From Nemertoderma westbladi (lineage: Eukaryota; Animalia; Xenacoelomorpha), in the NCBI GenBank assembly GCA_032718475.1, contig JAUCBJ010000144.1, positions 1 to 64,000 on the forward strand: a stretch of 64,000 nucleotides of DNA, in the 5' to 3' direction. Under the pieces are notes generated by a model that saw only the letters and a program-made list of their open reading frames with translations, did not search any database and was not told the DNA's origin. Shown in pieces: positions 13,395 through 26,313 of this stretch. Made by a program: the position numbers and the translations under genes. Numbering within the stretch: the stretch's first letter is position 1; the number at the start of each line of letters is the position of its first letter.

Positions 13395-13992
13395 CTGAGT
13401 CAATGTTCCCAGACTGGCAGTTGTTCCGCCCACCGACGGCGTATATCAACCCGCGGATAGCGACGGCACCCAACCCGCTCCGGGGTATCGGCAGGTCCGC
13501 CAACCGGACCCACACGTTCTCCCCAACGTTGTAACTCTCCACCGTGTTGAGCGAATGCCGGAAGTAGCCGCCCACCGTGTATATAACGGAGGCTGCGAAG
13601 GGTTTCCGCAGGGGAATCCGACAGCAACGCGGGTTGTGCATCGTGAGGTCCTGGAATACCTTCTCGAGATATAGTTTACAACTGGGTTCGCAACGGATCA
13701 GGTCGCAGTTGAGCATCTCGTTCTTAAGGAACCGCGGGGTCAGACAGTGGCACCGCACGATGGACAGAACGTCCTTTAGGTTCCGTTTACGCGCCGGTAT
13801 GTCGTACTTGACCCAGTCCAGACACGCGGTGTACGCCTCGCTCTCGCTGCAGATGTTCAACTCCTCCATGTTGACGAGCACCATGAGTTTTTCGCAGGTC
13901 ACGTGGAAGAACTCGTCGGTTTTCGTCACCTCGCGGAAATGTTTGCAGATGAAACGTCGGGCTATCTCTTGGAGACGACGCAGACCGAACTC
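13395..13992 (-). CDS. KEAP1: KEAP1 exon 2 (BACK/IVR and Kelch 1-2)
   Basis: CATCAG acceptor and G|GTATAG donor; VRCHCLTPRFL, GGYFRHSL and GGRNN are Keap1-diagnostic. Confidence 0.93.
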
Positions 13993-14423
13993 CTGATGGA
14001 GAAAAATTTATTTAATGTAAAAAATAAATAAAATAAAACTGTGGTAGACTTAGAATTTATCTTAATCTCATGCTTTATTTTTAAAATGGCTGTTGTTGGA
14101 TACTTTTTTACTTGTTTCTAACACAAGGGCACACATCACGGAAGGCTTCCGCAGGGGTAAACGCCTCGCAAACAACCGGCAATAAGGTGGCAATTAGCTG
14201 TAGTAATGGCGTAGTGAACTGTAGTATATAAAAACACCAGTTTTCGGCGCAATTATTACCAATTCAGCTATTTGCTGTAATAAATTATTTTCGTGGTTCA
14301 TGCTCTCAAAAAATATTAAATTTTTCAATTTTTTCATTATATATGTACCAGTACCACTGTCTCTGCCATCTGCCTGCATCTCTGACAACCCGCCACCACT
14401 CCCTGCAGCCCTGCCCTACATAC

Positions 14424-14918
14424 CTGCGCATATTGCTCGATACCAATACAGTTTCCAGGATCGAGTTGACGCTCTAGGAACGAACCGCACGCTTCCACAA
14501 CGTGACGTACTTGCAGCATTACCGCCGCGGGGAGCAGCTTAAGCACGTTGCACTGGTGTATAGTAACGGAAGAGGTGTACATAAACTCGATTAGAGTGTT
14601 CATTATGTTAGCGGGGACCTCCTGAATGAGGACAGAGTTCCGATGTGATTCATCGAAACTGCTGGCGAACATCGCGCGGAAGTACTCGCTACTCGAGGCG
14701 AGTACCACCTTGTGGGCCGCAAACTCCGAGTTCTCCGCCTGGATCCGGATGTCGCATAGCGAACCGACTTGCCGCAGTTCGTTCATGGATCGGAACGCGT
14801 CCGCGGGATGGTGGTCGCTCGTGAAGGTCATTGACCCGTCCGCTGATTCGTAGTACGGGAGTGCGGAACAGGTGCAACACCGTGCTCTAGAGGCGCTGGA
14901 AGCGGGCGTCATTGCCAT
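14424..14918 (-). CDS. KEAP1: KEAP1 exon 1 (BTB); spliced CDS 1776 nt, 591 aa
   Basis: LCDI...FAAHKVVLASSSEYFRAMF; CAG|GTATGT donor, phase 0; all four exons join in frame. Confidence 0.92.
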
Positions 14919-16602
14919 TATTGCGATTTACATTACCGGCTGACCGGTTGCCGGTACGTAGCATTCGTGGTCGCTGCCATTATACAGTTATAGGTCACAT
15001 AATCACACCACCCTTCTCTGTTCTCATCTCATCACATCAGTAGTACTGTACTGTATTGTAGTGTGTAGTAGGTAGTGGCGTAGTGCAGTAAGCAAATATT
15101 TTTTATAATTCAAATTCACATCATTACAATTTATTTTATTGGTAGATTGGTCCTTTTTAAGCCTAATTTGTAATCCAGATTAATCAGTTAATCAGTTAAT
15201 ACAGTAATAGGCTATATTACTACAGTAGGCCTATAAATTTCACTGAATATTCACTGTTCAGTTATTAGAGAACAACAGTCATTTTAATAGAAAAAGAATA
15301 ATGCATTTATTTCAACCATGACTGCATGCTGGCATGGTATCATGGCCTACTATATAGTATAGTATAATATATAGTAGGCCATGATGGTATCTATCCTCTG
15401 CTATCTGGCTGGCTATCTACTTCTGTACTTGCGGACTTGGGTGAGTACGGAGTATATACTTACTAGATTACACAGACACAGACTAACATATGTATACTGC
15501 TAATATACAAGTAGGCCTACAGTATTTCTTCATATGTCAGAATGACTCTTTTTTTTCCGATATTTAATTTCTCAGACTAATATTATGTAAACTAAAAACA
15601 TTTCAAAGATTTTTTTAACACAATTTATTCTTCTAGAATATAGATACCAATAATCTAAAACAAATTGGCAATTAACAATAAAATAATTCGGATTTTTTTG
15701 TCTTATTTAGAAAAATCTATCGTTCCTTAATTTCCAATGGTATCTTTCCTTATTGACAACAAGGGCGTTTATCCCTTGTCAATGGACTTTGTCTTTGTCA
15801 AGGAGTTACTGTAATGGCGCAAAATGGTTGTCTAACAATTTTGTCAAACAAAAAATTTGTCTAACATCCATAGAAAATGAGCAGGATATAGTAGCAGCAG
15901 TGTTTTCTAAACAACACAATAATAATAAACAAAAATAGATTTACAGTAGTAGGCCTACGGTATGCGTAAACGTTGCATTGACCACTTATTTAACTTAGAG
16001 TACGACCAACTTACAGACTTACGCAACTATTTAAACATTTATTTTCTTGTATTGGACCATTAAAAACAAACTGTTATGTGCCATGCGAACCACTTTCAAG
16101 AGCCAAGATATGATACTGTACTGGATACTGATACATACAGTAGTGATAAGGTAGGCTAGGCTATCTCAGCGAGGAAAGACGCAGTATTGTTTTACAAATA
16201 ATAAGACTCTTGACTATTTCAATTACAAAGGCTATGTGTGGATTTCGCTGAAACTGAATTGGGCGGCCTTCTATATACTGTAGAGCGTACGCAATTTTCT
16301 GCATAAAGTCAAATTCTACAGAAAGCCGTTAACATATATACTGTACAACTGTACAAAACAGACATCAAGGTTTAAACACGTAAATTAAATCCCCCGCGGC
16401 TTGTTTGGGAGCTTCGAGAAAGTGGTTCCAGATTTTGGCCCATGTGAAGTATACTATATTTCTGCTGTTATACTCAGAACTTCACTTTGCAGTGAAGAAA
16501 TGATACCAGGTTTTCACTAAAAACCCAGGTTACAGGTTTTTTAAGAGCCCAACTCCAATTCAGGTTACAGACAGGCTATGGAACTATCCAAAAACAGTAA
16601 AC

Positions 16603-16720
16603 GAATTAGTATCTGTAACAGTTTATAAGATAGAATTAGTATCTGTAACAGTTTATAAGATAGAATTAGTATCTGTAACAGTTTATACAGTGCCGGCACT
16701 GAGTTTATAAGATAGAATTA
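16603..16720. repeat. 30-bp tandem repeat (GAATTAGTATCTGTAACAGTTTATAAGATA), about 3 copies
   Basis: Direct reading. Confidence 0.85.
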
Positions 16721-17137
16721 AGTGCTAAAAAACACTAAATAAGGAGAAATTAAAAAATTAATATATGAAATTACAATATAAATTCGACCGAAAAGTGAAA
16801 AACTGGTATTCTTTACATTGGCGCAGATTTCAGTATTCTTGGACTTAGAGGCACCACTCCGTGTTGTGTAGATAGTGGCGTACATTGAAAAAATTGAAAA
16901 AACTGTTCACCCGCGCATAATGGTCTCATATGAAAATTAATGAAATAATGTTTTGTTTATTGTTTGTGTTAGAAAACACCGTCACCGTAACCTGCTCCTT
17001 GCCAATGTTTTAAATTATATTCAATTTATAAACACTCTGAAAACAATATTTGGTGCCATTAACTCTGGTTGTGAGGTTTATTACCTTAGGCCAAAACCAA
17101 TGGGAATGTGCAAGCATTAGTGGTATAGGATGGTGAA

Positions 17138-17935
17138 TTAACTTGCTTTGTCGCTTTTGTCGCCGTCATCTTGCTTTGCTAACAAACCCACCAAGTACCC
17201 TCTTCCAAATGTAATCAGATGATCAACCTTTACCTTTACTGTGTCATTATCATCCAATAGCCTTTTATTTTTGGGTTTTGTCTGTGGTTTAATCGTAGAG
17301 GGAGAAGTAACAGTCTGTGTTTTATTAATATTTTTGTGGATTTTTGTTGGATCTGCGAATGTTTTTTTCGATTTGGTCTGATCTGATACAGTTGGCGGAA
17401 GTAGCGGAGATTTTTTTGGAGATGCTTTTGAAGATGTATCTGCATATAGTTTGGAGGGCGATATCTTTCCTTTAAAAAAACTCCCAAAATAGTTTGTCCC
17501 AACATCGTAGAGACGTTCTGCTTGAGCTCTGGCATCATCTTCATTCGGGATATCAACAGTATCCTTAACCACGGGTGTCCGGCGGCCAGGGCTTCCGGAA
17601 ACCACACCCGAGACTGGTCCTTCTATTTTTGGAGTTTTGACATTATTTCCAGCTTCTAGAAATATGGGATCAACAGTAGTAAATTTTCCCTCAATTGTCG
17701 GCGGCGATTTCGGCGATTGAACAAACTTTTCTAGAGTTAATTTATCTGGTTTCTGTTTTCCGGGACTTGGCAACCCCTTACCAGGCGATTGAGGCTTAAA
17801 GAACATGCCTGTTAAATAACTACGACCTGCGTCTAAAAGGCGGTTTGTTTGGGTTCTGATATCAGCTTCATTGTCAGCTGGATCTATTGGTATCCACTTG
17901 GAAACCCCATAAATAATACGGGAGCCGAGACTAAT
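17138..17935 (-). CDS. Probable 3' exon of an unknown Ser/Pro/Lys-rich protein with a thrice-repeated helical motif
   Basis: Frame is open from 17935 to the stop at 17138 (beyond the listed ATG); internal repeated motif; acceptor position uncertain. Confidence 0.6.
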   Translation of the reverse strand: MSLGSRIIYGVSKWIPIDPADNEADIRTQTNRLLDAGRSYLTGMFFKPQSPGKGLPSPGKQKPDKLTLEKFVQSPKSPPTIEGKFTTVDPIFLEAGNNVKTPKIEGPVSGVVSGSPGRRTPVVKDTVDIPNEDDARAQAERLYDVGTNYFGSFFKGKISPSKLYADTSSKASPKKSPLLPPTVSDQTKSKKTFADPTKIHKNINKTQTVTSPSTIKPQTKPKNKRLLDDNDTVKVKVDHLITFGRGYLVGLLAKQDDGDKSDKAS

Positions 17936-18164
17936 TTAATTTATAGAAAATCTGTTGACAAACCTTCATAAAAGTTAAAAATGTGTTGCCGCATCAGCAT
18001 CACAATAAGTGGCAGTGTTACTAATAATTAACTGGGTTCTAAGTAATGTCACAGTCCCCCCAACACGGCATACTAACTGCCTAACCTGTCACCAAGAAAT
18101 TTTCAGAATTCTGTTGGTCCTACATATTTATGAAGAGATCCTAGACATATTTTTCTTGATTAAT

Positions 18165-19223
18165 TCAGTATAAGCTCCCGTATACTTTTGGTGGGTTAAA
18201 TTCATCCTTATCTTGTGCAATGATTGTAGATGCAGGTAAAAATTTGTGAGGAATATCAACCTTCTCCATATTTTCCTGTAACTCCTCTTTAACTTTTTTT
18301 TTACTCCCCCAAAAGAATTCTGCAGTCCTTACTTTTGCTGATTTTCTTGTGTGTTGTTGTTCCCCTCCTGGCGAATTATCTTTCGGTTTCTTTTCCGTTG
18401 CGCTACTTTTTGATACAGGAGATCTGCTTAATGATTGAGACAATCTGTGGTAAATACGTTGGAATGACAGGCCGACATTGGCCCCTGCAGCGCCAGGTTT
18501 TGATGCGGTTCTAGATTCCGTTTGAGCTGACTGTCCCGTATGATACACACCGACAGGAATCCCTGGCAGAAGGTCCGCGTGATACGAGGTTTGCCGAGAT
18601 AAGAACTTGCCGGTACCTTGCAGATCTGTAGCGGCCAGACGACGATCCGCAGTCTCCAGTTCATAGTCACGCATTTTATCCAAATCCTTTCTCTTTCCTC
18701 TTTTCGATTTATTTTCTAATTCCTCCCGTTTTTCAAACAAAGTCTTGCTTTCTTCCTTCGCAGCATCTTGCGGTAGAATCGATTTGGCAATTTTAACGTT
18801 CATCTCTTGTTTGTGCGCTTCAATTAGCCTTAAAGTTTCAGAGAAATTTCCAAAATCTTCAGATACGAATTGAGAGCTTTCTAGAAGAATTTTTAAATTG
18901 TTTATAGCTGCCACCATTTCTTTCTGTAGCTTCAGTATATAATCAGCTTCGCCTTGCGAGTTACCTTTGTTTATTGTCAGATTATCTATTTTAATTTTCA
19001 ATTGTTTCACATTGTACACAAGCTCAGATATTTTCCCAAATGAATCCTTGTCTTCTTTTGAATCTTTTACATTTTCATTTGTCGTTTTAACCTTTTTGGT
19101 GTCTTTTTTGGTTTCTTTTGGATAATCACCAATTAACATATTCAAAGTCTGCTCGCCAGTCTGTCTGTGGTACTGTGCTGAATATCGTGGCATCCCGTGA
19201 CTGGTCATCTTTTTAAAGGCCAT
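18165..19223 (-). CDS. Probable first coding exon of the same unknown protein (coiled-coil/charged)
   Basis: 352-codon ATG ORF in AT-rich DNA; acceptor-like TAG just before the ATG; candidate donor AAA|GTATAC at 18186/18185. Confidence 0.6.
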   Translation of the reverse strand: MAFKKMTSHGMPRYSAQYHRQTGEQTLNMLIGDYPKETKKDTKKVKTTNENVKDSKEDKDSFGKISELVYNVKQLKIKIDNLTINKGNSQGEADYILKLQKEMVAAINNLKILLESSQFVSEDFGNFSETLRLIEAHKQEMNVKIAKSILPQDAAKEESKTLFEKREELENKSKRGKRKDLDKMRDYELETADRRLAATDLQGTGKFLSRQTSYHADLLPGIPVGVYHTGQSAQTESRTASKPGAAGANVGLSFQRIYHRLSQSLSRSPVSKSSATEKKPKDNSPGGEQQHTRKSAKVRTAEFFWGSKKKVKEELQENMEKVDIPHKFLPASTIIAQDKDEFNPPKVYGSLY

Positions 19224-21752
19224 TTCTATTCAGGTAATGTAATATTACTGTACATCTTATATTTTCCTTATATTATACTGTACCTTAATATTATTTTTAC
19301 TTTATATGACGTGTAGAGCGTGATCATACAGTAGTAAAACACCTTGGACCAGCTATAACGATATAAGTTGTCTGAAATAATCTGTCGGAATAAACTGTTT
19401 ATCCGGCCAGGCAAACTTAGGTTAAAGCTGAGCTCTGGTGTTTGCGGGCAAAGTCAGGCAACTGATTACGGTGGCCACCACAACAACTAATCTGTGCGGG
19501 ATTTAAATTCTTCGGGTATTAACCACCCCCAATCGCTCCCAGGGGGTCCTTGTCTCACAGTTTCATTATATAGATGGATTTCATATGTTTAAGTTAAGTC
19601 TACAAGCAGACTGGAGACTTTCATAATTATGCACAGTTACGTACTGGTAGACAGCCTGTCTGACTGGCACATACTTTGCGGTGACTTGGCTACTTTGCAT
19701 ATTCGTTCTATTAATGATTGATATGACTACTTGTCTCAAAGAAGAGAAAGGGGCAGGTGACAATTGCGCGTTATTCTAACCAAAAAAGTAAAGTTAATAG
19801 TATAGGTTACAGTTTTACAGCTGTTGTTTCATATTTGCCTAGATTTTCCCCTGGAGTGGAATGTATTTTGATTGATTCAAAAGTCCCCCCCCCCCCCCCC
19901 CCCTCCATCTGATTTTCCGTTATACTGTATTTCACGGCAACGGCAGATTGAAATTTCCGTCAATTTTCAACACATAAGTTCACGACAGATATTTCCCAAA
20001 CGAAATAAAACGGAATAAAAAGTATTCTACTCTAGCTAGCAAAATTAATAGTATAAATGTTTTGTAGTGTACCGGAGTTAGAATGCATGCCCTAGTATAA
20101 AAGTACTGTATATACAGCCTATACTATTATTCATATGCTTAATTACCTTATTAGCACCACTTTCGTTAGCAAAATTTGTATAGAAATTCTTACAGGTTAA
20201 ACCGGTATACAAATTTCCAAAAGTTATATAGTATAACTATTACTGTATATACTGTACTACGTCATTGTTCATAAAATAGCACATTATAGCGTTACGGCGT
20301 CGATCGGGAAATAATAAAACGAGGGCCGTAAAACCATTAATGTGCTAATTATGAACAATAGCAAATAGCTAATTTTATTTATTTGTGGGGAATTATTTGT
20401 AGTTATGCACTCAAACTTTCTAGAACAGTGACGCGGTGACATACTGGATATATTGGAAATACACAGTAAAATGTATGGCGTAGGGACATACTGAGAAATA
20501 ATGTCGCACTGCGATATAAAGCTGGAAAATATGTCGCCCTGGCAATTTGGTAGTGCAAAATTAATTAAGTACAAACTAGAAAGCAAGCAAGCTGGCTTTA
20601 AACGAACCTGCCCCTCAAACCAGTACCCTGAGTGAGCGAAAATGAAAACACGAAAATTGCCATCAACTCAACGATAGAAACGTTCGACGAACGAAACTGG
20701 TTCTCATGAGGGCCTAGTAAGCTATTACTATTGATTGAATGGATAGGCCCAAACTGCACATAAGTACTGTATATTAATTGCTAAATTTATTACTCTCTCA
20801 CTCTATCATATACAGTAATCAAACATATACTGTTAGTATGTATACTGTAAAACCCTGCCAGCTGAATATCTCTTCCCAATGAATCCTATGGGAATATCTA
20901 TAAGGTTACTCACTGCTATGTTAGGTGTGAGGCCAGCTGATTGAAATGTAAGCACTGGGCCGTTCAATTGTTTTATACACGGAGATTGATGATAATGAAT
21001 GAGGAGGGACACAACTAACACTACGTTTGTCTATGGACGCTCTCCTTACAGCCAGCATCTTGCTGGCTTTTCTACTTGAATCATATTATTCTGCATCCAA
21101 TAATTTACTCTTTTAGACGAATTTGCGCGTTTTTTTTGCCGGACTAAAAAATTTTGGCGACGTTCTGTGCGAGATTAGCGATATTTGAAAAGATTCTGAG
21201 CCTCAAATATGTTACACAAATGACTGAATAGCCAAATAAATAGTTAGTGCATACTCGATGAGTTGAAATCGATGAAATTCTACTTTAAATTTTCAAACCG
21301 CTATTTTTCAGTGACCCCGTGATCGAAACACCACAAAAAAATACAGTCTTGTGCGCAACCAAAATTCATGTAAGCCTAGAGTTTGTTATTAAAATTGTTG
21401 CGTACCTGCTTGAGTTTTTGAGATATGGGATGGTCATACACACACACACACACACACATAACCACATCGTGTTTTTGAACGGCTCAACTTTTGTCAAGAA
21501 CTACCCTGGTCTATTAATAGGCAGGTTCGTTATAAATAAAAATTCGTACAACCGATTGTATTTATTGTCATCCTAATTATGTACCGCCTATTCTAGAATG
21601 TATGTAACTTTTACGAATTTTTATATAACTTTTAAGAATTTTCATGTAACTTTTACGAATTTTTATACAACTTTTAATACAAGTTTTGGTCTCACTTACT
21701 ATACAATATTGCTATCATCTAGAGTTATCTCAAGACCTATTCTAGAAGTTTA

Positions 21753-23142
21753 TCTATATCTAAAGCTCAAATTGTTTATGTATGTATGTATGTTTGTTTG
21801 TTCCTCTATCTCCTCCTAAACTTCTGGCTCTCGCGATATGAGGAAAATACCGTTGGATTCAGCGTGGTCCTGGGCTCTGTATAAAGTAATTTTAAGAAAA
21901 ATACATTAATTAGTTTTTGCAAAAAATGAAATAAACGAAAAGTGCCATAGACGCAATGGTAAAATAACACCAATAACAGCTGGTGTTCATGATGAAAAAT
22001 GGCTTATGTAATGGATTTCTACTCAGGTTGAATCGATGAGGTTGCCAAGATTATTGTACTTAATACACCCATACTGTTTGCTTAGGCCCTACTGCCTAAA
22101 CTCCACCCCTTATTCTTCATAGGATAGCCTTAGTGTGTGTTAAATATTTCATACAGCTGATAGCCTTATCAGTAAGTTAATAAAAAGCCAGCTATAAGAA
22201 CAAACAAACGAAGTGTAGTTGGGTCATTCATTATTATTATCCTACAACAGTAAAGTAATTACATAAGCCATTTTTCATCATGAACACCAGCTGTTATTGG
22301 TGTAATTTTACCATTGCGTCTATGGCACTTTTTGTTTATTTCATTTTTTGAAAAAAACTAAGGACTGTATTTTTATGAAAATTGCTTTATACACCCATTC
22401 AGACCAAACACTACAGGAGGGTAAAAAAACAACACAATTGACCGGATAGTTTCGGAGCCTTTCGTGTGACAAACAGACATATAGACAAACAAACAGACAC
22501 GATTTACTTACAGTAAGGAAATCTCAAGGTTTACAAATTAAACATTTGAACGACCCAGTGCTTAGAATAAAATCAGCTGGCTTCCCCCTAACATAGCAGT
22601 GACTGTATTAATTGCAATTCGATTAGTGTCTTTGCTTCTGAGAGACGTGCACTGTTTGAAACTCGGAACATAATAATATACCTATACCTACCTATATTAT
22701 TACCTGGCTGATTATTGTAAACTGATTTTAGTATAGTAGTGTTGAAGTATTTGTGAGGTAGTTGTAGGCATGGATAGCATAACGAAACGAAAAGGAAACG
22801 AAGCATATTTGGAAAATATATACATATTTGGGTAATAATAATAATAATAATGATATTCTCCATATTTGATGTAAATGTAAACGGAGTAAATTATTTACTT
22901 CAATACATCCAACCCTTTTGCTTTCCAGTTCCCGGCACCATTGCAATGTAATAGACAAGGGCGGATTACGTTAGAACTAAAATAAGGAACTAAGGCAATA
23001 CTGATAGTAAATTAGTACTACATACAGTACAATAGAGCAACTGGAATACCTTGCATTTCACCTGCCGGGACGTTACGAACGTTACCAGTATATTGCCTAT
23101 AAAACTCCAAGGCTGTAAGACATAAAACAACAACAACAAGTT

Positions 23143-23173
<31 letters not shown>

Positions 23174-23398
23174 ACACCGTCCTTTATATTGATAGAATTA
23201 TACTGTACTATGTTTTATTATATTCTATTATGTATTACATTTATACTACACTATCAAGGCGTATGTAAGGTTTATTTGATATAATCAAACATTTTAATAA
23301 ACTAAATTTGAGAGCATCCACAGTTGTAGTACCTATAGTATAATAGATACTACTGTAGACTAGCAAGCCTGGCGCGCGAAGCGCGCCTTGTTTGCTAG
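21753..23398 (+). mobile_element. Non-autonomous Helitron-like element containing a ~130-bp inverted repeat (21879-22012 / 22258-22392)
   Basis: A|TCTATA 5' end followed by (GTAT)n; 3' GC hairpin GGCGCGC-GAA-GCGCGCC (23371-23387) followed by CTAG|T. That both ends belong to one element is inferred. Confidence 0.5.
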
Positions 23399-23439
23399 TA
23401 GTTACTAAACTAAACTTAGCTAAATTAAAACTACACTTG

Positions 23440-24356
23440 CGCCATTCTTGTTCATAATTGTGGTTGACTATGTTCTACGCATGTCCTTAGATCATCATAA
23501 TGATGATGGGGTGATGGTAACTCCACCTACTGGCTCCAGAAGTCGAGGAAATCCTGCCAAGTACCTAACTTATCTAGACTTTGCTGGTGACGTAGGAGTA
23601 CTCTCAGAATCACTAGAGAGAGCCCAACGGCTCCTCAGCTCATTAGAACATGCTGCTTCTAGTGTTGGTCTTTTTATTAACTCCAAAAAGACCAACATTT
23701 TGACAGTTAACTTTGAAAGTCCTCAACAGGTCTCTGACCGGATGAGCATAAGATCAAAGGATGCTTGAGCATGTGGACGACTTCTGTTACGTGGGGTCAT
23801 GGATCCGGAAGTCCGGCACGGCAAGGACCTTCGAATAGGTAAGGGAAAGGCATCGGAAGCCTTGAATGTTTCCAGGATTTGGAAGTCAGGTAGAATTAAT
23901 CGGAAATTTAAGGTCCGATTATTTAGAGCAGCAGTAGTACCGGTACTCCTCTATGGGAGTCCATGCTGGGCTCTAACTGCTGAGGACACCAAATCTATGG
24001 ATGGCACATTCACAAGAATGCGACGCCGGGTTCATTGTGTCAAGTACAATGCACACAACTCCAACCAGACACTATATAACATTGGAGGTGTCTCATTGGT
24101 TCCCCCAAGCTTGACACTAGAACAAAATTGCCTCCGCTTGGCAGGACTTTGCTTTCGCCGTGAGGACCAGCCAGTGCATAATCTTGTACTTTGGCAGCCT
24201 CATGGAGTGAATAAGCATGGTGGACAGCCCATGACTTTCTTGAGACGCATCTTAAAGGACACTGGCCTTGATGATGCGGATGATCTAGCAAATGTCATGG
24301 GTGATAGGGAGTTGTGGTGGCGCAATTTTGTCGAAAAGCCGGCACAGCATTCTTAA
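23440..24356 (+). mobile_element. 5'-truncated RTE-like LINE with degenerate RT C-terminal half
   Basis: LFIIVVDYVLR...LDFAGDV (F/YADD mutated)...VGLFINSKKT; frameshift near 23760. Confidence 0.85.
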
Positions 24357-24585
24357 AAATGAAGCTGCAATGCAGCATGTCTATCCTACAGTAGTACTGT
24401 AGTAGTATAGTTACTAAGTTAGTGATAACATTGCTGCAGCTGCAGCTATAGGCAGCAACGCCTTTTGTTGCGTTACAGGGATATCACCATAACCCTAAGG
24501 CTGATAAGTTTTCATACTGGAACAAAATTTAATAAGTCGTATTTTGTGCACAATGTGGCTTGCACATGCATGTAATGTACATTCC

Positions 24586-24648
24586 ACAAACAAACGAACG
24601 AATACCTCTTGTTAGCGCAAGATGGCGATGCCTCAATCACCTAGCAAC
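24586..24648 (+). promoter_or_regulatory. Putative DZANK1 promoter: forkhead-like, YY1-like (CAAGATGGCG) and RFX X-box-like (ATCACCTAGCAAC) sites
   Basis: Motif cluster about 0.85 kb upstream of the ATG of a ciliary gene; 5'UTR acceptor TTCTTGACAG at 25359. Confidence 0.5.
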
Positions 24649-25469
24649 AACATAAACGATCAGTGTATTGGAATACAAGCTCTTGCTGACATTGTCATTG
24701 TGCATTGGTACCGGTGTCGTACGCCGCAGTATTGTTGATTCAGCATCAGCTCATCAGCAGTTTGCTATCCATTCACCATTGTTGATCCTTACTATATTGG
24801 GTAGATATTTACATTTCTCACGTATTCTATACTACTGGTAGGGCCTAGGTATTAGTAATGAGCTATTGTCTCATGCGTACCGTATCTCAGTATCTGGCCA
24901 CTTTACAGAATAGCACTAGGAATATTCTAGTTGTGAGGCACGGTTAGGGTACCTGCTTACTGTTACAAAGTCAGCGTAACTGTTTTGCGTAAACGGGCCG
25001 GGCCGTGACCGGGACCGCCGATAGGTGAAGGTGAAGCGTGAAGGTGATGGCTCAAACAGGCTCATTTATTGATTTATAATAATTCTGATATGCTGAATTC
25101 ATTAACTAACCATTGAATTGTATATAGTAGTATGACAGTTTCTTTATTGTGTACTAGCTTTAATAAAAAAAAACACTGGCACTGGTAGGCCTATACGAAA
25201 TTTTTTAAGAAAATATCAAACAGTTTACACAGACTACACCATTTAGGCCTAAATAATATATTATTATTTCTTATTATTAATAATACATTATTATTTAAAG
25301 AATGTATTATTGTATACGGTATCATTTTAATACAAATTATTTATTTTGTTCTTGACAGATTTAAATTGGAATAGTATTGACAACTTCGTTATACTGCGAT
25401 ATATCGGTAACAAATTGTTGATTTCTCGTTTATAATTAATGGCCAGAAACTAATTGCGTCCCAGTATCC

Positions 25470-26313
25470 ATGGCTGCCGGATCAATCCAAGTGCCGCTGA
25501 TAATTCCACTCCGCGCCCCGACGCCCGGGCGCTCCAAGTTCCACATCGACACGAACACGGCCATCGAGCTGCGTACCGACTCGTCGGGATGCGACCTGTA
25601 CTACACGGTGGACGGAAGTCGACCGGACCCCTTCTCCAACCTCGGGAAGCGGTGCACCGCCCGATACACTGGGCCCTTCACGCTCCCCGAGGGAAAAATA
25701 GTGGTCAAGGCGATTGCGATAACGTCGGACAACCTGCGGGAGAGCGGGGTGAACACTAAGAAAATGGTGGTGGACTACGAGAAACCAGAGTTTACCATGG
25801 CCGTGGATGACGATAAAGAGTTCCGTAAGGAGGTTGCTAGAGAACGCAAACGTGCGAGTAAGTACAAAGAGCGAGCGAACGAGCATAGAGAGAACTGGAT
25901 GGAGAGAGTGAGTGGTTCGGATAACCGGGTTAGTTACCCTGGAGCGCGGTTCACACAGACGCGACTAGCGGCCTGCGATACTAACTCCACGGTCTCCACT
26001 GTGTCTACTCGACCTCGCCCGAAGGATTACAACGCCATCCAGCGGGCCGCGAGAGACACCGATTTCCTGCACTGTATCTACTGCTACGCGCCCCGACCTG
26101 CGGACCCGTTCTCGAAGTTCTGCGTGGCGTGCGGTTCCGGATTGCCGGCGGTTCCCTCCACCCCGGGGTCCCAGATGGCGCCCCCGGACAGCGGAACCGT
26201 CCGGATGTGTCTCGAGTGTAAGGGGATGGTTCCTAGTAAGGCAATGTATTGTTTGTTCTGCGAAGCACCAATTCAACCCCAGCACCAACCCCAAGCCAGT
26301 ATTAAACTTAAAG
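25470..26313 (+). CDS. DZANK1: DZANK1 coding exon 1
   Basis: MAAGSIQVPLIIPLR...YYTVDGSRP...LPEGKIVVKAIA N-terminus and CxxC zinc ribbons; ends at an AAG|GCAAGT donor. Confidence 0.9.
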
